From positions 32,001-96,000 of the IMG/VR virus record IMGVR_UViG_3300012344_000386: DNA of 64,000 nt; one strand, written 5' to 3'. Positions 36,737 to 49,180 of the stretch are shown one piece after another. Below the pieces are notes generated by a model. It was not told where the DNA came from. It did no database searches and worked only from the letters and a program-made list of their open reading frames with translations. Made by a program: the position numbers and the translations under genes. Positions within the stretch are counted from its first letter, which is position 1. Each line of letters starts with the position of its first letter. The DNA comes from a virus. Taxonomy: Duplodnaviria; Caudoviricetes.

Positions 36737-39700
36737 ATGGGAAAATTAAATAAAGACGAGCTTTTAGCAGGTGTTCGTAATATTATTCAAGAAAGTTTTA
36801 ATAGAGATACAGAAAACTTTGATGGCACTACTAAGTTCAATATTCATAGATATGTGAATGGTCTTATCGAAGAAGGTCATAAGAACCCCGATTTGATGAA
36901 CTATTTGGTTGAATATAATAACGCACTTTCTAATGGTGCATAGGACTTTATGCTTTTTGAACAGTTCGGACAAGGACTTACTAAATATGCAAAAGGCAAT
37001 AAGTCTGTTAAATCTGTTATTGAGCAGATGAACAATACCTTAGCAACAGATGGTGCTAATCTTGTAGGTTATCAACTTATTGAACAACTTAATGATCCTT
37101 ATATAAAGGATGAGGTTAAGTATGCTTATAATCAATATGTAGCAAATAAATGTCAGGAAACAAAGGATACATTGGTAGATGTATTGTCACCGCTTGTAGA
37201 AGAAGGAAATCCTATTGCTACAAAATTAAATATTCTTATTACAGAAGAATCTTCAATGTCCGCTAATTTTATTCATGCAGATTATGTAAATGAATCAGAA
37301 CAAAGAGATTTTGAGAAGAAGCTTCAGGAAAAACGTGATAAGAAAACAATGGACCAAATTTTCTCAAAGGTCCAACGTTATATCGATGAAAAACTTGATG
37401 AAGATGAAAAAGCAAAGTTAACAGAAAAAGAAAATTACTGTTTGAATGCTATTGCTAATAATCAAGGTATTAATCTTTCCGAACATATTAATAATATCCG
37501 TCATTCAGACGCTTCTTCCAACCAACGTCTTATGGAGGTTATTAATCTTTATTCAAACGCAATTAATCAAGGTGCATATGAAGAGAGACTTTATGAGACT
37601 TTCCTTCAGAACGTATCTAAGTTTAATTATCTTCTTCCTGTTAGTAAGGCAATGAAATCTATTGTCGAGAAAGTAGATTCAAAACGAGAGGAAATCACAC
37701 TTACTAAGATTTTGGAGGAAATGAAGGATGATCATTCTTCATTCATTTATGTAGATCTTATTCAAGAAGATGTTGCACGTTATGTAAAGGAGCCAAATGC
37801 AATTAATAGAGTTCAGTTACGTAATGCTTTAATGCCATATGCTTCTGATCCATATATTAACGAAATGTTCAATGTTATTTATTCTGATAACTCACGTAGA
37901 GCTAATGAACTTACAGAGAAAGCATTGAATATTAAGGACCAAATTAATATTATTAGAGAGAACGCTACAGTTTCTAACATTTATACACCAGTACAATATG
38001 TTAAGGAAAATGAAGCAATTTTCAATGTTAATGGTCAATTCTATGTAAAGAAAGGAAATAACATTACAGTTCTTGATGAGAAGTATGTAGATGAACTTGA
38101 TGAGAGATTTGTTGAACTTTGTAGACTTGTAAATGATCCACATGTAGAGATTAATGAGGATAATATTATTCTTCATGGTAATGATAAGTATGCTACGATT
38201 TATGAAGGCTATGTAGACCTTTATGGACATAAGGAGTCAAGAGAGTCACTTCGTAATCTTAGAGAAATGTGCATGAAGTATGATGATTACGATACAAACT
38301 TCTATATTATGTGTTCATGCCTTTTGGAGAACTTTAATAATATCGCAAAGATTGATTGGGCAAAGCATGTAACTCTTAATGAGAATAATAATATTAATGC
38401 AGATTTGTTTAGACTTGACCAAAATATTTTCATTGCAACTCATAACGATGCTATTGGACAACATACATTCTATAGAAATGTAAATCCTATTTTCTGTAAG
38501 AATAAGTTGAATGAACATATGGGTATTAACGTATCTTCATTGTTTAGTGATTTGCTTCCATCTCAAGATAAGATCATTCTTAAACTTAATGAGACAAAGA
38601 ATCAATATGAAGATTCTATCGAGAAATATGAAGATATGATTGATAAACTTAATAAGGCTCTTGAGTCTGCTTCTGATGAAAATAAAGAGAAACTTGAGAA
38701 AGCTATTTCTGACGCAGAAGAGAAACTTGATGATATTAAAGCTGAATATAAAGAATGGCAAAAACAAGCAGATGATGCAACAGGCGAAGATCATTCAGAT
38801 GATGAAGATACTGATTCAGAAGCGGATACAGAAGATACAGATGATGATACAAATGATGGTTCTGTAACTAAGGAAAAACCAAATGAACCAATGTCTGATG
38901 ATGAAGTTGACGCAAATAAAGATGAACTTTCACAACCGTTAAGTGGAGAAAATGGAGATTCTGAAGCAACTGATAACTTTAGTGATGAAGAGTCTGATGA
39001 ATCTGATGATAGAGTATCTGATGATGAATTCGCTAAGTTCTTAGGTAGTGATTCTGATGATGAAGATTCTGAGGAAGATGGTACTGGTTTTGATGATGCT
39101 GCCGCCGATGCAATAGATGCTGATAATGATGAAACAGAAGATGAACCAGATTTTGAGGATTCAGATGATGAAGATTCAGATGAAGATATGTTTACTTCTG
39201 ATGATGATAATGATCAAGATGATGAAGAAGCATTTAAGGAAGTAAGTTTCGATGACGATAATAATTCTTCAATTGATTCAGAGGACGATGACGATATTTT
39301 CGAACCAGAAGAAACAGAAGATGATACAATTTCTGATGAAGATAATGATGAAATGAATTCTGAAGATGATACTATTGGTGACACTTCTGATGAGGATGAA
39401 CCTGAAAATACAGGTATGACAACTGTTGATATGGGTACAGATGATGAAACGTCTGATGATGAAGTTGCTGAACCAGGTGACGAAGCTACAGATGTATTTG
39501 GTGGCGATACAGAAGATCCTCTTGGAACAAATACGGATGTTGAAGAAAATCCAGAGAATACACCTAAAACAGAGGAAGAAGAAAAAGAAGATGCATACCA
39601 ACCTAAATTCTCTTATAAGATTGCAGATGTAATGTTTGATGAGAATGTTAAGGAAGGTAAGAAAGAAAAATCAGGTTCTGTTATCGTAATCGTTCCTATG

Positions 39701-41785
39701 ATTGATGGCACAGGTAAGAAGTATGTAGAGAACAAGACTATAGAATTCTATCTTGATGATAACAATAATCCTATTCTTGATAACGAACCTATGACTAATG
39801 AACTTTATGCCGCTGTTATCGACGCAATTAAGGGACATCCTGATTATACATCTATTTGTGATACTGCTGAACCTGCAAATGAGGAAGTTGGTCCAACAAT
39901 TGCCGCTTTACGTGGTTCAGATGATGACAATGATGAAGATTGGGAAGATGCATATTTAAGAGACGGTAATGATGAAGACCGTGATGTATTTTCACAGAAA
40001 CTTGATTCTGATGATGACGATGATGATTGGGAGTGGGATTATCCTTTAAGTAAAATGGAAGATGATGAAGAATCAAATGAAGATGATTCTGATGACGATG
40101 ATACTTTTGGTTTTAATATGAAGGAAGTAGATGATGCTGATTCAGACGATGAAGATTCAGACGATGAAGATGTAATTATTCCAACATATAAATCAGGTAA
40201 TACTGAGATTGAATTACCAGCACCTTCCGCTGATGGTACAGAGATACCAGAAAAGAAAGTAGTAAAAACTGATAAGAAACCTTTAAAAGAACATAAATCT
40301 ATCAAGATTACACCTGTATTCAAAAATAAAGCAGGTAAAAGTTTTTTCTTAAATGAAGCTACCATCAAGGCTTCTAAATCAAAGGATTAGAAAGGTACTC
40401 CTCTCACAGAAGAGATAATTGATGGAAGTACCACAAACGAGATTTCTACATCCGATTCTAAAGGTAATGATCCAATAGAAGATTATAATGAAGAAACAGA
40501 TTTTGATACATTAGGTAAAATGCATGATAAAGCAATAAAGTCTGCAGAAAAAGCAATTAATGATGAACATAATATAATTGTTACAGATATTGATTCTTAT
40601 GGTGAAGATTCAGATACTGTAAAGTATTTCGTAATATCAGAAGAGTATGATGGTGATTCTGAATCATATGCAATATATCAAATTGGTGCAGATATTTATT
40701 ACAGGGATGCAAAAGAATTTTATCAAATATTAGAAGATTTCAAAGATGAAGTTCCTGGACAAACAATAGAGTCTTTAAAAGTTGATTATTCAGATAAGGG
40801 TGAACAACTTACATCTTATAATATAACTGATACTGATGATTGTATGTTTGTTGTTTCTTCTATATTCAGCGCATTAACAGGGAAATCATATGACGCTAAT
40901 AATAAGTATATAAATGAGAATTGTAAGATTAAACGTTCAACAAAGGTTGACGCAGATAATGATCTTGATAATTCAAAAGCTGCAAATGATGCTAAATATG
41001 GTACGCAAGAAGATAACGATTTTAAATAGGAAATCGAAGATAAACAAAAGAAAGACGGTTTAGTTGGAGCATTAGATCCACAACAGGATGAAAATGAAGC
41101 AGTGAAACCAAAACTTCCTAATGTTAATCTTGTAACTGAAAAACAAAAGAAAAATCCTTTCTTAGAGGAAGGCGCAATTATTGAATATGAGGTAAATGAT
41201 AAGATTCTTTATAAGAATGAACCATGGACTGTATATGCAGTTGAAGAAGAAACTGGTGATAAACAAAAGTTGAAGATTACAAAAAATGGTAAAACTATTG
41301 ATGTAACTTCAAATGAGATTAAACCAGATCCTTCTCAATTCAAAGATATTGACAATACGCCAGATCAATTTGAATTTGATAAGAATAACTTGAATAAAAC
41401 ACCAGAAAATCCTAAAGCAGAAAAGATGAATGATTTGAATGGTAAAACTGTTGAATGCAATATAGTTGTAGACTCACAAGTTTTAACTAATACATTAAAT
41501 GGTAAAAGATTCAAGGCAAATCTTAAAGATATTCTAGAAGGTGTAGATGATGTAAGAGTTTATGTTGATGGTAATGAAGAAACATGGCATAAGGATAATA
41601 TAGACATTCCTGTTGAAGATTGGATAAATGCTGTTATTGCTTCAGAAAATGATGAACCATTACGTAAAATAAAAGTTAATCCAAAATCATATGTTGATAC
41701 AACAGATGATACAGGATTAGTTGATTGTACAGTAGGCGGTAAATTAACATAGTTACCAAAGCATGCAATAAGAATTTTAGTTTAA
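36737..41785 (+). CDS. very large acidic protein, candidate prohead core/scaffold (1682 aa, four TAG)
   Basis: Fragments 36737, 36950, 40520 and 41102 in one frame; coiled coil, long D/E tract, many I/L/V-x-E sites. Confidence 0.75.
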
Positions 41786-41884
41786 TTTAAACTAGACTTT
41801 TAATTATATTCTAAATAATATAAAGAGTAGGTATTTGATAATAAATCATTTATCTACTCTTTTTATTTTAATAATTTTTAAGAT

Positions 41885-42430
41885 ATGAGAAATTGGTTAT
41901 TAGCAGATGAACAAGTAAAATTAAATGAAATATATGGTGGGTATATGCCGAAATATAAGCATGTTCACCTTTATTACCAATATACATGTGGAACAAATTC
42001 ACCATATGAATTTGATATAATATTAGATAATGCAAATACAAGTTCTTATAATGAATTAAGATTCAGTAATGGTAATTATAGGTTAAGTGCAAAGATGTCT
42101 TATAAAAGTTTTACATTAGACCAACTAATAGAATTATTACCATCTACTATATATTGTGATAATGAATATAATGCTGTTAATGTAGAAACAACAAAAAATT
42201 ATCATGCATTAAAATTACATATAATTAAAAGAAAAGATACAAACAATGATATTGATTATATGTATAAAGTAATGTATAAACCATTAGAGACAAAAGGTAT
42301 ATATAAACATATAAAATTAAAGAAATATGAGTTTAAAGATCCTGTACTAGAAGGAGATGAACTTATAACGCTCATATATGATTTAATGATGTGGTGTATA
42401 TCACATGGACATTTAATAAAGAAAAAATAA
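41885..42430 (+). CDS. hypothetical protein
   Basis: ORF track, 181 aa. Confidence 0.7.
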   Translation: MRNWLLADEQVKLNEIYGGYMPKYKHVHLYYQYTCGTNSPYEFDIILDNANTSSYNELRFSNGNYRLSAKMSYKSFTLDQLIELLPSTIYCDNEYNAVNVETTKNYHALKLHIIKRKDTNNDIDYMYKVMYKPLETKGIYKHIKLKKYEFKDPVLEGDELITLIYDLMMWCISHGHLIKKK

Positions 42431-42475
42431 TGATAGATAATAGACATTTTTAATTTATCATTATATACATAATAA

Positions 42476-42632
42476 TGAGAGTCAATACAGCAAACTATTT
42501 TATTATACTATATTTTATGATTGATAGGTAACAACAAGACTCTTGAATTTTTGTTATTAATATGAAAGTTAATACCGCAACTTTTTATTTTAATAATTTT
42601 TGGATAATTAATTAAATTAATGACTTTTGAAT
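42476..42632 (+). ncRNA. two tandem related stem-loops (candidate Y-RNA-like or leader RNAs)
   Basis: GAGAGTC-AATACAGCAA...GACTCTT-GAAT and GAAAGTT-AATACCGCAA...GACTTTT-GAAT, downstream of TAGACA-N17-TATACA (42441-42469). Confidence 0.55.
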
Positions 42633-42656
42633 AACAAAATTAAAACGAATAATTTT

Positions 42657-44012
42657 ATGAAACTTGAAGAGATTTTTGCATTAAAGACTACAGAGAATGG
42701 TGACAAGGCATATAGTACAACAATGAATCCTATGTTGGATATTTTGTTTATGTCTGAGTATTATAGTAAGCATCTTGATGAGATTCCTATGATTGGAAAA
42801 TCAGATAGAGAGAAACTGTTTGCTATGATGATGCGAGATCCTAGATTTGGTTTGGGTAGACGTGAACTTGGACGCAGACTTATGTTGATGACTGATGTAA
42901 CACCAGATATGGTTGTTAAAGCTGGTCGATATGATGACTTGTTTATTGGTTGGGAGACTATGCCAGATGACGCCTTTGCAAATATGTGTGAATATTTGTA
43001 TAAGGAAATTCGTAATGGTAATGAACTTTGTAAGAAGTGGATGCCACGATATTCATCTAAGAACCTTATGCTTGCTCGTAAGATTGCAAAGCAGTTTAGA
43101 ATGAATAAACAGACATATGGACATTTCATTAAATCTGATACAACAGAGCAGAAACTTTCAAGACATAATACAGAAGCTATTAAGTTTGAACAAGTGCCTT
43201 CACTTGCGATGATTAAGTATTTTAACCGTTTTGCAACAGGTGACGATACAAAGGAAAGATTTGCTAAATATCAGGAAGATGTACGCTCTGGTAAAGCAGA
43301 ATTGAAGATTTCTACTACTAATGTATATGATATTTACAAGAATCGTGAGAAGATTGATCCAGATCTTTTCTTTAGTAAAATTGAAAAGATTTCAGGAAGT
43401 TGGATTCCAGTAGTAGATACATCAGGATCTATGCATGATTCTAATGATAGTATGGGTAAGGCTTATGCAGTAGGTCATTATCTTGCTAAATGTTCATCTT
43501 ATGCACCTGATACTGTATTGAGTTTTTCAAGTCATCCGCAGTTATTGAAACTTGGTATTGAAAATACATATCAAGAATATTATTGGAGAACTTCTGTTAC
43601 AAAAACACAGAAGATTACGGAAACTTCACAATATATGAGAGAGATTCAATCTATGTATACAGGTGATTGTTCAAATACAGATTTTGCTGCTGTATGTGAA
43701 GCATTGAAGAATCTTGATAAAGAGAATGCACCAGAATGGATTATTGTATTATCTGATATGGAAATGGATTGTGGTAGTAATCAAACAAAAGATGAGATGA
43801 TGGATATTTTTAAAAAGAATAATATGAATACTCATATTGTTTGGTGGAATTTTAATTCAAGAAATACTACAGTACCAGAAACAGATAATTATGGAAATAT
43901 TTATATGTCTGGATATTCACCAATGTTACTTAAGTTTCTTAAGGTTGGATTTAATGGACAAAAGTTTTTGGATGCTCTTATTGATGAGTATTCAGTTGCG
44001 ATAAATAAATAA
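42657..44012 (+). CDS. DUF2828/TROVE(Ro60)-like protein with C-terminal VWA domain
   Basis: TTENG..AYSTT, RDPRFGLGRR, GRYDDL, KWMPR, VVDTSGSM, LSDME, IVWWN. Confidence 0.8.
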   Translation: MKLEEIFALKTTENGDKAYSTTMNPMLDILFMSEYYSKHLDEIPMIGKSDREKLFAMMMRDPRFGLGRRELGRRLMLMTDVTPDMVVKAGRYDDLFIGWETMPDDAFANMCEYLYKEIRNGNELCKKWMPRYSSKNLMLARKIAKQFRMNKQTYGHFIKSDTTEQKLSRHNTEAIKFEQVPSLAMIKYFNRFATGDDTKERFAKYQEDVRSGKAELKISTTNVYDIYKNREKIDPDLFFSKIEKISGSWIPVVDTSGSMHDSNDSMGKAYAVGHYLAKCSSYAPDTVLSFSSHPQLLKLGIENTYQEYYWRTSVTKTQKITETSQYMREIQSMYTGDCSNTDFAAVCEALKNLDKENAPEWIIVLSDMEMDCGSNQTKDEMMDIFKKNNMNTHIVWWNFNSRNTTVPETDNYGNIYMSGYSPMLLKFLKVGFNGQKFLDALIDEYSVAINK

Positions 44013-44140
44013 CCTATTTTAAAAGCGCTAATATATATTAAGGGATATAAACGTTCAACTTCTACGTTTATATCCCTTTTCTTTTTATACATATCTATCG
44101 AAATAAATATTAAAATAATATTAATTACTTAAAAATACAA

Positions 44141-44665
44141 ATGTATATATTTTAGATTTTATCCTATTTTTTTAAGAAAGTAGGGGATCAAGAAGCAATA
44201 AAAGAATTCATTGATTCCTTATTTAAAATTCCTAAAGTATTAAGAAATTTATTGGGTATTGTTATTTTATTGGGTGTTATATATTTTAGTTATTCAAAAA
44301 TATATAATAATGAAATCCAAGAATTACATACAGAAGTTAAAGATTTAAATGAAATAGTAAATACTGCAGTAACAAAAGATGATTATGCAGATGATATATA
44401 TTATATTTTAGATGTAATAAATATTGAAGAAGAAGTATTACATCATGCTTATAATACAACATAGCTTGAAATTGATTTAATGTATAGATTTATTTCATAG
44501 AATCACCCAAATGATCCTATTCTTCAAGATTTATATTCAATGAAAGAACGAAATGATTATACATATAAGTTCTTTACTGAAAAATATAAAAAAGCATTAG
44601 ATAAATGCAATAAGTTAACAAAATATAAAGCAATAGAAGATACTTTAAAAATAGAAGATAAATAA
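44141..44665 (+). CDS. single-TM membrane protein (174 aa, TAG=Gln), lysis candidate
   Basis: MYIFQILSYF...LLGIVILLGVIYFSY then helical soluble domain. Confidence 0.65.
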
Positions 44666-44723
44666 TTAAAAGAAGTTATTACAGTGGGAGAAAATATATT
44701 AAAAATAATAACTTTAATGAAAA

Positions 44724-44996
44724 ATGATAAATGCTAATTAGACAACTCAAAAATGTTATAATTCATTTAGTTGTATAGGTTCTATCCTAATTATTATATT
44801 TGTATTGGGATCTATTATTTGGGATATTTGTATAACTAAACCTGCTATGCGTGATTCTATAGATGATATACGTGTAGAAGTAAAAGATATACATCAAAAG
44901 TTAAATACAAAGCTTTCTAATGATACTATAGAATTTATGAAAGCATATAATATGTTGAAACAAGAAGAAAAACAGCAAACACAAAATAATAAATAA
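44724..44996 (+). CDS. single-TM coiled-coil protein (90 aa, one TAG)
   Basis: MINANQTTQKCYNSFSCIGSILIIIFVLGSIIWDICI... Confidence 0.6.
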
Positions 44997-45430
44997 TCTA
45001 ATTAAAATATACTAAATTTAATTTTAACTAAATTTAATATAGATAAATAATTAGATAAATAATTTAAATAACAGAATACTTAATAAATTAATTATAATAA
45101 TCAATTCTACTGAATTAACCATACCAAATTAAAATGGTTATATTTAAAGAACAGATTTTAATAAAGTATACTTAGAAAACAAAAAGTGTAATTATATATA
45201 AATCAAAATTTTAATATAGTGATTTAATTATATAAATAATTTGTAAAAAGTAATCTGAGTTAAACTTTAATACGGATATTTTTATTTTATATCCATTATT
45301 ATATTGAATAAATATTATAAGTTATTAAATTATCAAATTAAAACGTAAATATTAATAAAAATAACTTAGATAAATATTTTAAGAAATTCAATATAAAATT
45401 TAACAAAAAATTAATAAACAAAATTTTAAT

Positions 45431-47434
45431 ATGAAAGTAAAAAGTAATAAGTCTGTTGCATAGGCTTACGAATCATATGTAAATCGTGCAACTGCTAAGA
45501 ATAGCGACAAAGCTATCTATGAATCATGGGCACCTACTATTAAGAAAATCACAGGTGTTGAAGATGCTGATAAACTTGCTTGGATGTCTCAGCTTGCACA
45601 TAATACAGCAAAGTTGAATGAGGATGCATTCGTAATGCCATCTAACGCATATTCACAGTTCGGTGGTACATATCAACCATATAACAACCTTTATAATACA
45701 CTCGGTGTTGGTGATCCAGTTCCTGCTGGCAAACCTGCTTTGACTGGCGCTGACTACGCTGATAACAAGAACCTTGGTTCTGGTGACAAGTATCCTACTT
45801 TGTTACCTCTTGCTCTTAAGGTCGCTGCTAAGACTATCGGTTTCGAACTTGTAAACACAACTCCACTTGATGGTCCTACCGGTGTTCTTCCTTATATGGA
45901 TTATGTATATTCAGGTTCAAAGCAACCTTATGGTGCTACTCCTGCTTATTCAGCTCGTACACAGAATCCTCAGGCTAACTCTCAGACTAACGCTCCTTTC
46001 GAGATGTATGGTCTTCCTCATTCATTCAAGGCTTCTATTGCTCCTGGTGAGGCTACTGTTGCTGATGGTTCTACAACAGATTCTTCTACTGCTGTTAAGT
46101 TGTCTCCTGCACAGATTAAGCGTATGTTGAAGGGCGCTTCTGCAATGCCTGCTGGTACAACACTTGTATCTGCATCTGATTTTGTAGATTTCGATTCTTC
46201 TCATCCACATGTAGGTGCTTCTAACGAACTTGTAGTTGAGTTCATTGGTTGGTCTCGTATCGATGGTGATCCTATGTTCAAGGTAGTTTCTGGTACACAG
46301 TCACTTGGTGCATATTTCAATGGTGGTTCACTTGATTTTACTGCAGTTTATACTCCAGTTGGTTCTTCTGAGGAAGTAAATGTAGTTCTTACACTTCACG
46401 CTCCTCGTCTTATCTCAATGCTTGAGGATCAAATTCAAGGTTTCACAGGTGCTGGTGAGCGTGATCGTGACGCTTGGTATGGTACATATCAGGATGGTAC
46501 AACACTTTATGAACCAATGAGTCGTGGTACTGGTGAGCAAACAATGGCTCGTCAACTTTCACTTCAGTTGTTCACAAAGAACGTACAGGTTGGTACAATT
46601 ATGGTGGGTTGCGCTGTAACACAGGAACAGGTAACAGACCTTCAGAAACAATGGGGTATCGATGTTATCAAGATGGTAGAGAATGCTGGTATCAACGAGC
46701 TTTCTGCAACTATTAACCGTCACATCACATCTCGTTTGTTCGCTCTTGGTTGGAAGAACCATTACAAACTTGTTGAGGTTGAAGGTCCTGCAGCTAACTT
46801 GAATCTTAGCTTCGATCCTTCTTATACTGCAACTTCTGGTGTTCGTATGACTCCTGCTCTTGCAATTCCTCAGTCAGATATGAATGATGCAACTGGTGTT
46901 GCTTATAAGAGCTATGTAAATGTTGCTCTTCCATACAAGCCAATGTATATTCCTTCTGGTGCAGCTTTCGAAAACCGTGATACTCTTCTTAAGAGACTTG
47001 CTGTTAACTTCTTGGCTGCTTCTAACTGGATTCTTCAGAGAGGTCGTTATGGTGCAGCTACATTCGCTGTAACTAACATCACAATCGCTACACTCCTTCA
47101 GAGTAACGCTAACTATACATTCTCACCTGTTGCTAACACTATTTCTCAGAATGGCGGTTCACTTTATCCAATCGGTGGTATGTTCGGTTTGACAATCTAT
47201 GTTGACCCTCTTATGGGTGGTTCTGATAACCGTGTACTTGTTGGTCGTAAGGGTGGCAAGGATGAACCAGGTGTTCACTTCTGTCCATATGTAATGGCTG
47301 AATCAGTTCAGATTATTGCAGAAGGTACAATGAGTCCTAAGCTTATGATAAAATCAAGATATGCTCTTGTAGACGCTGGTTTCTATCCAGAAACACAATA
47401 TCTTACATTCTGTGTAGATGTTGCAGGTCTTTGA
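45431..47434 (+). CDS. major capsid protein, T4 gp23-like (667 aa, single TAG at codon 11)
   Basis: LLPLALKVAAKTIGFELVNTTPLDGPTG, TQEQVTDL...GID, G.HFCPYV, P....KSRYAL; strongly biased codon usage. Confidence 0.93.
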
Positions 47435-47459
47435 TAATTTTATCAAACAATTATATAAT

Positions 47460-47492
47460 AAAGTCTCTAAGATTAATTTCTTAGAGACTTTT
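47460..47492. terminator. bidirectional terminator
   Basis: aaagtctctaaga-ttaatt-tcttagagacttt. Confidence 0.75.
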
Positions 47493-49178
47493 CTTTTTAT
47501 ATATAAATTTTAAATTACCAGGGCCGAATACTCTATAATGTTTTAATGAATGCATAATTTCTATTTCTGTTAAATTCTTATCATATCCTAATGATACTAA
47601 TTTATTTTTAGTATAATTCAAACGATTTTCTCTTATATTATTAACTACCCACCAATATTCATTATCTATTATTTTATCTATAATAAATCCACTATTAATA
47701 TATGATGATCCTTTTAAATCAATCCATGATAAATCCGCATAACTATATATAGATGATATATTAAAATTAGTAATAATATATTTCATTAATTTAGAAAAAC
47801 CACCAATAACATTAATATATTTTTTTGTACATAAACGTAATAGCTCATATGAAACAGTGTCTTTATTATGTCCTATTAAGTTTCGAGATTTACCTAATCC
47901 TATTACTTCAACTAATTCATTATTATAATATAATCCAACTTTTATAGATGCATTAACAGATCCATGTAAATGATTTTCATTACAAAAATCTCTATATAAT
48001 TTAGGAGTTAATTCTTTAATTATACATTTTCTTGCATATACATGTTTATTTAATTTTAATTTACTAGATAAACGACTTAATATAATTTCTTTCTTATTAA
48101 TATCATTCCAATCATCTTCCCATATATAAATTAAAGAATAACCTAATTTTTCTATAAATTCTTTCTTTTTATAATGATAATAATTATCTGATTTTTGTAA
48201 TTCAGAATGCCAATATAAACCATTACAATCTATTGCTAAATTTAATTCAGGAATTAATATATCTACTTCATAATGTTCCTTACCATTATAAATATGTTTA
48301 TTAGTTAATATAGAATATTTTGTATCTTTTATTAATTTACCAATTTCATTTACAACATCTTTTTCAAAATTACTCATAAACGTTAATTCTTTATATTCAC
48401 ATTTATTGCAATATATATGCTTTATATTTCTGTAATAATAATTTATTGCTTGTCTATTAATTTCATTTATATGACCACATTTATTACATTTAATTTGAAA
48501 TGTATCATTATTATTAGAAATATATGTATAATTCATTTCTGATATTTTTTTAATAATATCATTTAATGAATTTATTTTTCTAGCTTTTGCTGATTTATCA
48601 GTAATTACTTTATGTGCATTATTCCCATATTTTTCATATATTTTATTACGAACTTCCTTTGATTCTAATGCACATTTAACACCATATTTTTCTAATGTTG
48701 ATTTTTCTCTATTCTTATTTGCTAATTCTGTTTGAACACCACATGATGCACCATTATGTTTCTTCTTAAAATCTTCAAAGAATTTTTTCTTAAATTCAGG
48801 ATCTTGCATATTATGTGTAATTCCATTATGATTTTTCGCATATGTTTCTCTCATCTTTTTCTGAATTTCTTTAAAGTCATGGTGATATTTATTTCCATAT
48901 GCAACTGATTTTGCTCTACATTCCTTTGTACCACATGTAGGAAAATAACCAACAGGAAATTTATGGAATTTTCTAGATTTACCACAATGAGGACATTTTT
49001 GAATTTCTGTTATATTATTATACCAACAATATACACGTTCAGATTTCTCCGGATTATGTTCATCTAAAAATGATGTTTTCTTTTTTAATGTATCTAATAA
49101 ATCTTCATGGTATCGTAATAAATTATTAAATCTTTTTATATTGAAATCTTTTCTATATTCATCTAAATTTAATTCCAT
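47481..49178 (-). CDS. free-standing Hef-like homing endonuclease (zinc ribbons, Vsr/PD-(D/E)XK-like nuclease, GNAT-like C-terminal domain)
   Basis: EVDILIPELNLAIDCNGLYWHS, IWEDDW, YARKC..NHLHG..ELLRLC..VIGG.SKL..SYAD. Confidence 0.8.
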   Translation of the reverse strand: MELNLDEYRKDFNIKRFNNLLRYHEDLLDTLKKKTSFLDEHNPEKSERVYCWYNNITEIQKCPHCGKSRKFHKFPVGYFPTCGTKECRAKSVAYGNKYHHDFKEIQKKMRETYAKNHNGITHNMQDPEFKKKFFEDFKKKHNGASCGVQTELANKNREKSTLEKYGVKCALESKEVRNKIYEKYGNNAHKVITDKSAKARKINSLNDIIKKISEMNYTYISNNNDTFQIKCNKCGHINEINRQAINYYYRNIKHIYCNKCEYKELTFMSNFEKDVVNEIGKLIKDTKYSILTNKHIYNGKEHYEVDILIPELNLAIDCNGLYWHSELQKSDNYYHYKKKEFIEKLGYSLIYIWEDDWNDINKKEIILSRLSSKLKLNKHVYARKCIIKELTPKLYRDFCNENHLHGSVNASIKVGLYYNNELVEVIGLGKSRNLIGHNKDTVSYELLRLCTKKYINVIGGFSKLMKYIITNFNISSIYSYADLSWIDLKGSSYINSGFIIDKIIDNEYWWVVNNIRENRLNYTKNKLVSLGYDKNLTEIEIMHSLKHYRVFGPGNLKFIYKKKSL

Positions 49179-49180
49179 AA

